NCBI GenBank assembly: GCA_964413725.1
Contig: CAYPUH010000005.1
Location: 1-41,309, forward strand
Reading direction: 5' to 3'
DNA length: 41,309 bases
Origin: an uncultured Cytophagia bacterium
Lineage (GTDB): Bacteria > Zhuqueibacterota > Zhuqueibacteria > Residuimicrobiales > Oceaniaggregativiventaceae
Every line of letters begins with the position of its first letter. Position 1 is the stretch's first letter. Of the stretch, positions 18,689-28,181 are shown piece by piece. The notes under the pieces were generated by a model. It saw nothing but the letters and a program-made list of their open reading frames with translations. It was not told where the DNA came from and made no database searches. Made by a program: the position numbers and the translations under genes.

Positions 18689-21600
18689 ATGGTTACCAAT
18701 ACAGCATATAATCTTTTTCTTTCTAAATTAAGACGGTATCGACGCCGAATCAAGACCTACGCGGTAGTGGAGGGACTGTTGCGTCTTTTCGGATGGGCGG
18801 GGATCGTGGTCTCTCTGGCTGTGATTTTGGAGAGTCTTTTTCGTCTGTCACCGGGGCCCAGAACCGTATTGAGTGGGGTCGTGACAGTGATTGTCTCTGT
18901 ATTGACTGTATTCTTGTTATTCCGGCCTCTATGGCATCTAATTGCACAGCGACATCATCCCTCTCTCAATAGGATTGCGTTTCAAGTCGGTCTTTACTAT
19001 CAAAATGTACAGGATCGATTGGCCAACGCGCTGCAGTTGTTCGAGCGTCAGGAAACCCCCCATTCCAGGTATTCAATTCAATTGATCGCTGCTGCCCTGG
19101 AGGGTATGGCACAACGACTGAAACAGGAATCATTTACCTCTTTGATTGACCGCACACCCATTTTTCGGTCATTGCGTATTGCTGGAGCGGGGCTTGTGTT
19201 GCTGGTCGTCACCGGAGGGGGGGTTGTGCCTGTCACCCACAATGCCGTGAACCGGTTAATGCATTTTCGGACTGAATTTTCCCCAAAGCCTCTTTTGGTC
19301 TTTACGATTACACCGGGAGATACATCCGTGGTCAAGGGGTCGGACATGTCGATCCGGGGATCGGTATCGGATGCGGGGATCTCTCACGTATTGTTTCACC
19401 AGCACCAATATGATCGAGAGAAGCGCACCCGGGTCGATGCTGAGGATGGGCGATTTACAGTTCAGCTTTCCGCCCTTCAGGATACTCTCGAATACTTTTT
19501 TTCGTCCGGTTCAGAAACCTCGCCACATTTTCGTATAGATGTGTTTGGCCGGCCGATGGTGAATCGATTACAGTTACACATTTTTCCACCAGACTATTCA
19601 AGAGTACCTCCATTTGAGTTGAAGGAAAATATTGGTGATGTGAGCGCACTCAAGGGAAGCCGCATCGCCATCAAAGGAGAGACAAATAAACCTCTGAACC
19701 ACGCCAAGGTGGTGTTCGAGTCCGGCAGCGAAACCTCTCTTACAACGTCAGAGGCGTCTTTTCAGGGTGCGTTTACCCTTCAAGGGGATGATATCTATAA
19801 TATACGCCTCAAAGATCGCCATGACACCGAAAATGCGCACCCCATTGACTATCATCTACAGGTTATACCCGATCAAAAGCCGATCGTGAAAATTACACGT
19901 CCCGGCCGCGACGTGGACCTGGGAGAAGATATGCAGATTGCGCTGCAGATCAAAGCGAGCGACGATTATGGAATTTCTCGTCTTGAGTTGGGCTTTCAGC
20001 ATTTATCGCAGGGTCAAGGTGAATTCGATTTAAATGCATTTCACTATCAGCCATTAACTGGGTTTCAATCCGGAACTCAGGTGGAGATAGATAAAGTTTG
20101 GAACTTTGAGGAGATGGATCTGTTTCCCAAGGATGTTGTCTATTATCATGTTCGTGCCTATGACTCTGATACCATATCCGGGCCCAAAGTTGCGACGAGT
20201 CAGGTTTTTCGGATTCGCTTTCCCTCGATCTACGAGATCTATAAAGAAGTTGCATATGAACAGGAAAATGTGCTTCAACAGATGGAATCGGTGCATGAAC
20301 AGGGCAAGGAGCATCGAGCCAGTATTGAGCAATTGGCCAGAGAACTCAAACGCTCTCAAACCGAAGTTGATTGGCAAAAACAGCAAGAGGTAAAGGAGAC
20401 CATTGAGCAGGGGGAGAGTCAGGAGGAGCAACTATCCGATTTGAGTCAAAAACTGGATGCAATGGTGGAGCAGATGGAGCGCCATCAGTTGCTTTCCGAG
20501 GAGACATTACAGAAATACGATCAGCTTCAGGACTTGGTACAGGAGATCATGACTCCGGAATTGCGTGAGACCCTTCGCGAGATGCGGGAAGCGATCGAAC
20601 AGGTGGATAGAGAGCAGCTCCAGGAGGCAATGGAAACGCTCAAACTCGACGAGAAAGAATTTCAGCGCAACCTCGACCGGGCCATCTCGTTGTTCAAACG
20701 ACTTAAAATGGAGCAAAAACTGGATCAGTCGATCAAAATGACGCAAAATCTGGAAACCCGTCAACGTCAGATCGAAGAAAAGGCGGTGAACGAAGGGGTG
20801 CAAGAGGAATCGGTTCAGTGGGAACAGGAAACGATCCAACAAGATTCGAAACAGCTGGATTCGTTAGTGACGGAATTAACTGACGAGATGCAGGACGATC
20901 CCTCCATGCCACAGGCGGAACTTTCGGATGCACAAAAGGAGATGCAGCAGATTAGTAAAGCGCTTTCAGAGTTGGTCCAAAAGGCTCGACAAAACCAGGC
21001 CGATTCATACAAGGAAACAAGCCAGAAAACCCGCTCTCACCTGGAGCAGATGATAACAAAACTGGAACAAGCCAAGGATAGACTGACGGGAGAACAGAAT
21101 CGGAAGGCCCAGCTCGCGATGAAGCGGGGGATGCGGGATCTGTTGCAGCTCTCTCACAGCCAGGAAAAGACTTCAAAAGCACTAAAGGAAGCTCCTACAA
21201 ACGGACCGCATATGTCAGAGCTCGCGGATCAGCAGAACAATTTGGCGAGCGGACTGGAACGCGTTATGAATCAGCTGTTTAACGCATCACGAAGCAGTTT
21301 CAGAATTCAGCCTCAGCTTGCCAAAGCTATGGCCGATGCTCACCGTGCCATGCGGAACGTGCTTGAAAACATGAGTGAGCGCGATTATGGCAAGGCGAGA
21401 CAAGCTCAGCAGACAGCTCTCTCCGGACTCAACGCCGCCATTTATCAGATGATGCAATCCATGAATCAACAGGGTATGGGAAGCCAGGGCGGGATGAGTT
21501 TTGAGGATTTTATGCAACAGATGCAAAAACTCAGTCAATCCCAGCAGTCGATCAATCAACAGACCCGGGGAATGCAACAGGGTATGTCACAGTCTATGGC

Positions 21601-22057
21601 ACAGCAGGCGGCCATGTCCCGATTGATGCGAGGGCAACAGAGTCTGCGAAAATCGTTGGAGCAGTTGGCGCGTGAAGCTCAATCCATGTCCAATCTTCTC
21701 GGGGATCTGGGACAAATCGGCAAGGATATGAAGGCGGTGGAGGAAGACCTGGCCAACCGGCAGGTGACTCCGGAGACACTTGACCGTCAACAACGCATCT
21801 TATCGAGAATGCTCGATGCTCAGAAATCCATTCACAAACGGGAATACAGTCGACAGCGACAGGCAGAGACGGCAGAAGGGTTTACTCGACCATCCTCTCC
21901 CAGGGCGTTTTCACTGTCCGGTAAAACGTCGAGCCAACTCGAGGAGGATTTGCTGCGAGCCAAGCGTCAGGGATTCAGCCGCGACTATCTGGATCTGATT
22001 AAACGATATTATGAGGCCATTTCAAATTCAAATGAAACTGCATCCACAAACAACTAG
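18689..22057 (+). CDS. 1122-aa membrane-anchored coiled-coil protein, DUF4175-like
   Basis: Two N-terminal TM helices, a beta-rich region (about aa 200-520), about 550 aa of E/Q/K-rich coiled coil, a Q/M-rich low-complexity stretch, and the C-terminal motif QQRILSRMLDAQKSIHKREYSRQRQ. The CDS call is strong. The family assignment is from memory. Confidence 0.75.
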   Translation: MVTNTAYNLFLSKLRRYRRRIKTYAVVEGLLRLFGWAGIVVSLAVILESLFRLSPGPRTVLSGVVTVIVSVLTVFLLFRPLWHLIAQRHHPSLNRIAFQVGLYYQNVQDRLANALQLFERQETPHSRYSIQLIAAALEGMAQRLKQESFTSLIDRTPIFRSLRIAGAGLVLLVVTGGGVVPVTHNAVNRLMHFRTEFSPKPLLVFTITPGDTSVVKGSDMSIRGSVSDAGISHVLFHQHQYDREKRTRVDAEDGRFTVQLSALQDTLEYFFSSGSETSPHFRIDVFGRPMVNRLQLHIFPPDYSRVPPFELKENIGDVSALKGSRIAIKGETNKPLNHAKVVFESGSETSLTTSEASFQGAFTLQGDDIYNIRLKDRHDTENAHPIDYHLQVIPDQKPIVKITRPGRDVDLGEDMQIALQIKASDDYGISRLELGFQHLSQGQGEFDLNAFHYQPLTGFQSGTQVEIDKVWNFEEMDLFPKDVVYYHVRAYDSDTISGPKVATSQVFRIRFPSIYEIYKEVAYEQENVLQQMESVHEQGKEHRASIEQLARELKRSQTEVDWQKQQEVKETIEQGESQEEQLSDLSQKLDAMVEQMERHQLLSEETLQKYDQLQDLVQEIMTPELRETLREMREAIEQVDREQLQEAMETLKLDEKEFQRNLDRAISLFKRLKMEQKLDQSIKMTQNLETRQRQIEEKAVNEGVQEESVQWEQETIQQDSKQLDSLVTELTDEMQDDPSMPQAELSDAQKEMQQISKALSELVQKARQNQADSYKETSQKTRSHLEQMITKLEQAKDRLTGEQNRKAQLAMKRGMRDLLQLSHSQEKTSKALKEAPTNGPHMSELADQQNNLASGLERVMNQLFNASRSSFRIQPQLAKAMADAHRAMRNVLENMSERDYGKARQAQQTALSGLNAAIYQMMQSMNQQGMGSQGGMSFEDFMQQMQKLSQSQQSINQQTRGMQQGMSQSMAQQAAMSRLMRGQQSLRKSLEQLAREAQSMSNLLGDLGQIGKDMKAVEEDLANRQVTPETLDRQQRILSRMLDAQKSIHKREYSRQRQAETAEGFTRPSSPRAFSLSGKTSSQLEEDLLRAKRQGFSRDYLDLIKRYYEAISNSNETASTNN

Positions 22058-23843
22058 ATGGGCGATTGCGAACCTGATCCTTTTATCGGTTCTGTTGAGT
22101 AATGGTTTCGGACAGGTTCGTGATCATGCCATTGATAAAAGACGTCTGGCCATCCACTATGAACGCACGGGTGACTATGACCGGGCAGCGCAATACTATA
22201 CAGAGATCAGCTTGAGAAATCCCAAAGACATCTCCAGTTATCTCGGTGCCAAACGATGTCTGATTCAACTCGATGCGTTGGAACGATTCAGGGACCTGAT
22301 TCTATCTTTGCAGACGCAACGACGGGATCTACGCTATCAGGTGGATTTGATTGATATCGAGTATCGAAACGGACAAACCAGACAGGCTGTTGAGAAATGG
22401 AACACATTGCTGGACCAACATCGGCAAAATCAGACAGCCTATCAATTGATTGGCTCGGTATTGACCGAACACCGACGCTTTGAGGACGCTCTTTCGGTTT
22501 ATGAGGAGGGCCGGGAACACCTTGACAATCCCCACGTGTTTTTGTTTGAGCGTATCGGTATTTTGACCGCCCAACAACAGTATAAAAAAATTATTCATGA
22601 ATATATTGACTATCTGGCACGTCATCCCGGTCAACAGGCATTTATCGATTCAAGAATTCTCTCCCTGTGCCAGAATGATGAAATATCAAATACCATTGCA
22701 ACGGTTTTGGAAGACGAGTATGAGGATCGTCGCTCCATACGTTCACGGATTGGTCGAATACGAACCCGTGTTTATATCCGAATGGGATTGTACCATCGGG
22801 CGATCAATATGGTGGAAACATTGTCGGCCTCTGATGAGACCTATCGGGCCCGGGCGGACGAGCGGTATCTACAGATTGCAAACAGTGCTGCCCGGAACAG
22901 GGTGCTCAGCGAAGCTCGTCTTGCCTACAACAAGCTGTTGACCTTCAGCCCTGAAAGTGATCTGGCATTGCAGGCCCATTTTGGGCTGGCAGAGATCTAT
23001 GAACAGGAGGGAAAATTCGAGGCCGCCATCCGCGCCTACCTGACTCTGGCCAGTGAACATCCGCAGAGCGTACAGGCGGTGAAAGGGTTATATCGGTGCG
23101 GAATTCTGAATTTACAACAGGTGTTTGATCTGGATCGTGCCAGAAGATGTTTCCAGAGACTTTTGGATCAATATCCAAACAGCAGCTATCGGACGGATAC
23201 GCTCTTTCGGCTCTCAGAGGTCGCCATTGCCCAGGGCAACCTTGGACTCGCACATGAAACCCTGCGACAGCTCAACCGTGAAGGGGATAAAAATCGCAAT
23301 CAGGTACGCCTGATGCAGGCCTATGTTTCCTTATATCAGGGAAAGATTTCGGACTGTCGCCAAAGATTGAACGACATCCTGGAACCGGAATCCATCGATC
23401 TAAAGGATGAAACCATAAATAATGCGCTTGAACTCAAGATTCTCATCGATTCAGCTGCGGATTCTGCTACACTCGATCTTTATGGCAAGGCCCGGTTTTA
23501 TCGGGATCAACACCGATATAAAGAGGCACTTAAAGTGCTCAATACGGCCCTAGAGAACCACAATGGGCATGTAACGGAAGCACTGCTATGGTTGAGAAGC
23601 GACCTGTATATTGAGCAACAACAGTATGGTTATGCCCTTGAGGACCTGACCGTGCTCGAGAAAAACGAGAACGGTCTTTACCGTGAACAAGCTATGAAAC
23701 GAAGAGCCGAACTCTATGCGACCGTTCTGGAAGATGCGGGAAAAGCCGTCGATATTTATCTGCATTATCTCAACGAGTTTCCCCAAAGCATTCATCTGGA
23801 GTCGGTCCGCAAACGCATTCGTGAACTGGACGCGAACACTTGA
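22011..23843 (+). CDS. secreted tetratricopeptide-repeat protein
   Basis: 610 aa with signal peptide ...ANLILLSVLLSNGFGQ and many TPR-like helices. The start is 22011 or 22032. Either overlaps the preceding gene by 47 or 26 nt. Confidence 0.8.
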   Translation: MRPFQIQMKLHPQTTRWAIANLILLSVLLSNGFGQVRDHAIDKRRLAIHYERTGDYDRAAQYYTEISLRNPKDISSYLGAKRCLIQLDALERFRDLILSLQTQRRDLRYQVDLIDIEYRNGQTRQAVEKWNTLLDQHRQNQTAYQLIGSVLTEHRRFEDALSVYEEGREHLDNPHVFLFERIGILTAQQQYKKIIHEYIDYLARHPGQQAFIDSRILSLCQNDEISNTIATVLEDEYEDRRSIRSRIGRIRTRVYIRMGLYHRAINMVETLSASDETYRARADERYLQIANSAARNRVLSEARLAYNKLLTFSPESDLALQAHFGLAEIYEQEGKFEAAIRAYLTLASEHPQSVQAVKGLYRCGILNLQQVFDLDRARRCFQRLLDQYPNSSYRTDTLFRLSEVAIAQGNLGLAHETLRQLNREGDKNRNQVRLMQAYVSLYQGKISDCRQRLNDILEPESIDLKDETINNALELKILIDSAADSATLDLYGKARFYRDQHRYKEALKVLNTALENHNGHVTEALLWLRSDLYIEQQQYGYALEDLTVLEKNENGLYREQAMKRRAELYATVLEDAGKAVDIYLHYLNEFPQSIHLESVRKRIRELDANT

Positions 23844-23970
23844 GTTCGAAAGTCGAGACAAACCACCGAATCTCCACCCCATGAGTGAAGGTAACCGGAC
23901 ACGGAAGATGCAAAGAGCCGGTTTGGGGCTGGTTTGTAAACAAACAATACGAGGACGCGTACAAAACTGT

Positions 23971-25248
23971 ATGAGAGTATTATTGACACGATTTTGTTTT
24001 TGGGTACTGTTGGGTATATTTCTGACCCCGGTGATCAGCTGTGGACAAAAGCTTCTGGTGTACATGGATTTGCAGCAAACCGATCACCTCAAAGCCTATG
24101 GAGTGGCCTATCACGCACTTGATCGTGGCCATACGGTGGAGTGGCTTTTAAACTACCGTGGTGGTTCGTTTCTGATGGATTTTTCTGCCCGTCTAGAGCG
24201 AAAGATGAAGATTCGTGGTGTTGCCTATTCGGTGATTGATGGCTCGGCGGTATCACAGATCTATTCAGTGATCGAGCAGGAGAATATGGACGTGGTGCTA
24301 CTGGAAAAAGTGCCGACCATCTCCATCTACGCCCCGCCCAACAAGCAAGCTTGGGACGATGCCGTGATGCTGGCGCTGGATTATGCGGAAATTCCCTATT
24401 CCACGCTGTGGGATGAGGAGGTGTTGAGGGGAGACTTGCAAAAGTATGACTGGTTGCATCTACACCATGAGGATTTTACAGGACAATACGGAAAGTTTTA
24501 TGCCAACTATCGTCATACCGATTGGTATCAGGATGAGGTGAAAAAGAATGAACAGATGGCGGCCAAGCTCGGGTTCAACAAGGTGTCGGAACTGAAAAAG
24601 GCTGTGGCGTTATCCATTCGCGACTATGTGGCGCAGGGAGGTTTTTTATTTGCCATGTGCTCGGCTACGGATACATTTGATATGGCTTTGGCGGCCTTGA
24701 AACTCGATATCTGTGCCTCTCCGTTCGATGGTGATTCTCCGGATCCCAATGTCAATCAGAACCTCGACTATGCTCCGTGTCTTGCCTTTCAGGGATTTCA
24801 ATTGGTGATGGACCCTATGGTATATGAATATAGTGATATCGACATACCACCCAGCTATGCGGCTCCGCTTCAGGGACCGGAAGCTGAATATTTTACGCTA
24901 TTTGCATTTTCAGCTAAATATGATCCGGTTCCGACCATGCTGACTCAAAATCACGTCTCCGCGGTAAAGGGGTTTATGGGACAGACGACAGGTTTCCGTC
25001 GTTCCTTGATCAAGAAAACTGCGGTAATCATGGGTGAGGCTGAGGGAACCGGACAGGTCAAATATCTTCATGGTAATGAAGGGCGGGGAACCTTTACCTT
25101 TTTGGGTGGGCACGATCCCGAAGACTATCAACATTATGTCAATGACCCTCCAACGCAACTCTCTCTTTATCGAAATTCGCCGGGTTATCGCTTGATATTA
25201 AACAACATCTTGTTTCCGGCAGCAAAAAAGAAAAAGCTAAAAACCTAG
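23971..25248 (+). CDS. lipoprotein with a GATase1-like (DJ-1/ThuA-like) core. I recall homologues being labelled asparagine synthetase B without support.
   Basis: ATG 23971 gives MRVLLTRFCFWVLLGIFLTPVISC (lipobox VISC). Motifs LVYMDLQQTDHLKAYGVAY, YDWLHLHHEDFTGQYGKF and GGFLFAMCSATD (Cys at a nucleophile-elbow-like position). Confidence 0.7.
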   Translation: MRVLLTRFCFWVLLGIFLTPVISCGQKLLVYMDLQQTDHLKAYGVAYHALDRGHTVEWLLNYRGGSFLMDFSARLERKMKIRGVAYSVIDGSAVSQIYSVIEQENMDVVLLEKVPTISIYAPPNKQAWDDAVMLALDYAEIPYSTLWDEEVLRGDLQKYDWLHLHHEDFTGQYGKFYANYRHTDWYQDEVKKNEQMAAKLGFNKVSELKKAVALSIRDYVAQGGFLFAMCSATDTFDMALAALKLDICASPFDGDSPDPNVNQNLDYAPCLAFQGFQLVMDPMVYEYSDIDIPPSYAAPLQGPEAEYFTLFAFSAKYDPVPTMLTQNHVSAVKGFMGQTTGFRRSLIKKTAVIMGEAEGTGQVKYLHGNEGRGTFTFLGGHDPEDYQHYVNDPPTQLSLYRNSPGYRLILNNILFPAAKKKKLKT

Positions 25249-25357
25249 TTCCCAAGGTGAATTCGACTCGATATTTGTTCTTGAAAATGCTCCTGTTTTT
25301 TACGACCTTTTTAGCTGAACCCTTTTCGAGTAGCAGCGGATTCTTTCGGAGGACGTC

Positions 25358-25759
25358 ATGACGGTAAAAGAAATCACCATCAAAACAGGCTCAAGACACC
25401 AATATGTCAATATAGATCAGCACGTGCAACGTTATATTGATGAATCCGGATTGGAAGAAGGACTGTGTGTTTTGTTTGTGCCTCACACCACGGCAGGTAT
25501 CACCATCAACGAAAATGCGGATCCCGATGTGGTGAAGGATATTCAAAGCAAGCTTGACCGCGACATCCCTCGGAATGACCACTATCGTCACCGGGAAGGC
25601 AATTCGGACGCACACATCAAATCGTCTCTGATCGGTCCCTCATTGACCCTTGTCGTCCAAAACGCACACCCCTTCCTGGGCACCTGGCAATCTGTATATT
25701 TTTGTGAATTTGATGGTCCTCGAACCCGACGACTCATTTTAAAGGCGATTCCTGATTGA
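25358..25759 (+). CDS. yjbQ: YjbQ/UPF0047 family protein (secondary thiamine-phosphate synthase-like)
   Basis: 133 aa with LFVPHTTAGITINENADPDV, NSDAHIKSSLIG and LGTWQSVYFCEFDGPR. Confidence 0.85.
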   Translation: MTVKEITIKTGSRHQYVNIDQHVQRYIDESGLEEGLCVLFVPHTTAGITINENADPDVVKDIQSKLDRDIPRNDHYRHREGNSDAHIKSSLIGPSLTLVVQNAHPFLGTWQSVYFCEFDGPRTRRLILKAIPD

Positions 25760-26520
25760 AACGGTACTGGCCCAAAAAACGGATCACGGTGCCTCCATAT
25801 ACCGTTCTGGCGGATGTTTATGAGTTTATGATGACTCATGTCAACTATCGTCAATGGGCCGAATACATCGATTCCCATCTGCATCGGTTGCACATTTCCA
25901 GAGGTCCTTTACTGGATATTTCCTGTGGGACGGGATCCTTTTGCCGGCAAATAGCCAGAAAGGGCTATCTCGTTTGGGGATTTGACATGTCGTACAAGAT
26001 GGTGCATGTTGCCAGAAAGCAGTCACAGGGAACAGGGCTTTTCTGGTGCGGTTCCATGACGCAGCTGTCATGTTGTCGACGAGTACCTGTTGTCGTTTCA
26101 TTATATGACAGTATGAATTATCTGCTCGAGGAACAGGAGTGGATAGAGTGTTTACAGCAGGTCTACCGAATATTGACACCCGGAGGGGTATTTATCTTTG
26201 ATGTCAGCACGATTTCGAATTCTGTTGACTATTTTAATGATTTTGAACAGCAGGAAAAAAGTCGTCATATGCGGTATATTCGAAGAAGCCACTTTGATGC
26301 CAAAGCGGGAATTCAGTGGAACCGATTTGAAATCCACTTGTTGTCGGAACCCGGTGTGGTCTATTGTGAAAATCATCGCCAGCGTATCCGGTATCTCGAT
26401 GAAATCGCGGCTCTGATCAAACAAACCCCGTTTCAGTTGGCAGCATATTACAACGGGTTTACGTTCCGTGAAGGAAACGAATCTTCCGATCGAGTGCATT
26501 ATATCCTAAAAAAAAACTGA
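25756..26520 (+). CDS. class I SAM-dependent methyltransferase
   Basis: SAM motif I is LLDISCGTGSF. The TTG start overlaps the yjbQ stop (TTGA). Confidence 0.8.
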   Translation: MKRYWPKKRITVPPYTVLADVYEFMMTHVNYRQWAEYIDSHLHRLHISRGPLLDISCGTGSFCRQIARKGYLVWGFDMSYKMVHVARKQSQGTGLFWCGSMTQLSCCRRVPVVVSLYDSMNYLLEEQEWIECLQQVYRILTPGGVFIFDVSTISNSVDYFNDFEQQEKSRHMRYIRRSHFDAKAGIQWNRFEIHLLSEPGVVYCENHRQRIRYLDEIAALIKQTPFQLAAYYNGFTFREGNESSDRVHYILKKN

Positions 26521-26547
26521 TCCTGAATCCGCCTTTAGAGAAATCCC

Positions 26548-27198
26548 ATGATTGAACTGTTAAACGTGCGGGTTGTTTATGAAACCGGTGAAAGTATCGG
26601 GAACATTTCGTTCCATGTGGAGCCGGGTGAATTTGTTTTCCTGGTGGGACCCAGCGGGGCGGGCAAGACGACAATTTTAAAGACACTCTATCTGGAGGAA
26701 ATGCCGACAGAGGGGAGTGTACGGGTGGGTGATTATTATTCCTTGTTCATGAAAACGCGCGACATTCCCAAAATGAGACGAAAATTGGGAATTGTATTCC
26801 AAGATTTTCGCCTGTTTGACGACAGGGATGTTTTTGAAAATGTGGCCTTTGCGCTAAAAGTAACCGGGCGACGGAAAAAGGAGATCAAACGGCGCGTGCT
26901 GCGTTCACTGGCCGATGTGGGGCTCGCCCATAAAGCTCGAAAATTCCCATATGAGCTATCGGGGGGAGAACAACAGCGGGTGGCCATCGCGCGGGCGATT
27001 GTCAATGAACCGTATGTGCTGCTTGCCGATGAACCGACCGGAAACCTGGATCCAGGGACCGCTGCAGATATTATGGAGGTGCTCTTTCGAATTCATGCCC
27101 GAGGAACCGCTGTGATCATGGCCACACATAATGCACCGCTGGTTAGAACCTATACCGGCCGGATTCTATACATCAACAAGGGTCAACTGGAACAATGA
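26548..27198 (+). CDS. ftsE: cell division ATP-binding protein FtsE
   Basis: Walker [10 protein letters not shown], signature [14 protein letters not shown] and Walker [12 protein letters not shown]. Followed by ftsX. Confidence 0.9.
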   Translation: MIELLNVRVVYETGESIGNISFHVEPGEFVFLVGPSGAGKTTILKTLYLEEMPTEGSVRVGDYYSLFMKTRDIPKMRRKLGIVFQDFRLFDDRDVFENVAFALKVTGRRKKEIKRRVLRSLADVGLAHKARKFPYELSGGEQQRVAIARAIVNEPYVLLADEPTGNLDPGTAADIMEVLFRIHARGTAVIMATHNAPLVRTYTGRILYINKGQLEQ

Positions 27199-28055
27199 GT
27201 ATCAATATCGGACACCTTGTCGCCGAAACCCGGGATGGCCTTCGCAGGACACGGCTTTCGTTTGTGTTTTCAGTACTGACGGTCGCCTTTCTTCTGTCTG
27301 TTTTGGGATCTCTTTTTCTGGTTTCACACAATCTGGATCGGCTTCTGAGCAGTCTTAAAATAAAGTTTGAAATCGAGGTTTTCATCGCCAACACGATGGA
27401 TGATGAAGCGATATCACTTTTGGGTGCCCGGATTAAAAACCACGAAGCGGTGAAATCACTAGAGTTTTTCTCAAAAGAAGCTGCTGCCCGCCATTTCCAG
27501 CAACAGTTTGGACAGCAACTGTTTGATATATTGGAGGAAAACCCCTTACCCTCGTCCTTTCATGTCAAACTGGAACCTACCTACCAGAATTCATCTGCCA
27601 TACGATCCGTAGCCACCGATCTGGACGCTTTGCGGGGTGTAGACGACGTCGTTTATCACAGCGAAGCATTGGATGTTTTAAGCCGATACGCCTCACTGGC
27701 TCAGGGGATAAACATCGCGATGGTGATTTTTGTTTTTCTCGGATCGTTACTGGTGATGACCAATACCATCCGACTGACCATAGTGGCCCGTCGATCGATC
27801 ATCGAAACGATGAAATGGGTCGGCGCCTCATATGGATTTATCCGATCACCGTATATTTTTCAGGGGGTGTTGCAGGGGGGAATAGGGGGGGGGGTGGCTT
27901 CTGCTGTCCTGCTGGTGGTCATTCAGGGGATCAATTATTACATTCCTCAACTCATCACCACACCGTCTTTCTTTTTTGCACTGTTTCCCATCCTTGGAAC
28001 ACTGATCGGTGGATTGGCAAGTGCCATTGCGATACGTCGATTCCTCAAAGTGTGA
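27195..28055 (+). CDS. ftsX: cell division permease-like protein FtsX
   Basis: 286 aa. ATGA overlap with ftsE. One N-terminal TM helix, a periplasmic domain and three C-terminal TM helices. Contains a G10 tract at 27885-27894. Confidence 0.85.
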   Translation: MSINIGHLVAETRDGLRRTRLSFVFSVLTVAFLLSVLGSLFLVSHNLDRLLSSLKIKFEIEVFIANTMDDEAISLLGARIKNHEAVKSLEFFSKEAAARHFQQQFGQQLFDILEENPLPSSFHVKLEPTYQNSSAIRSVATDLDALRGVDDVVYHSEALDVLSRYASLAQGINIAMVIFVFLGSLLVMTNTIRLTIVARRSIIETMKWVGASYGFIRSPYIFQGVLQGGIGGGVASAVLLVVIQGINYYIPQLITTPSFFFALFPILGTLIGGLASAIAIRRFLKV

Positions 28056-28078
28056 GCGTGGCCGGCAGGACTTTTCTC

Positions 28079-28107
28079 TTGACTGATCAGGAGAAAATCC
28101 TTATCTT
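28079..28107 (+). promoter_or_regulatory. candidate sigma70-type promoter of the hrcA operon
   Basis: TTGACT (28079-28084), a 17-nt spacer, then TATCTT (28102-28107). Confidence 0.3.
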
Positions 28108-28160
28108 AGTTGGATTTAGTATGTATTTTTTTAAACGTCCTGTGCAATGTTTTAAAAGCC

Positions 28161-28181
28161 TGTGCGTTTTTAAAACGCACA
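28161..28181. promoter_or_regulatory. perfect 21-bp palindrome upstream of hrcA (operator-like, not CIRCE)
   Basis: TGTGCGTTTT-T-AAAACGCACA. It lies inside an imperfect 20-bp tandem repeat CCTGTGC..TTTTAAAA (28139-28158 and 28159-28178). Confidence 0.5.

Noticed and set aside
23716-23970. N-terminal 85-aa extension of the 510-aa ORF, overlapping the TPR gene end
   Set aside because: The extension has no signal or domain character. ATG 23971 yields a clean lipoprotein signal peptide. ATG 23881 remains a minor alternative.
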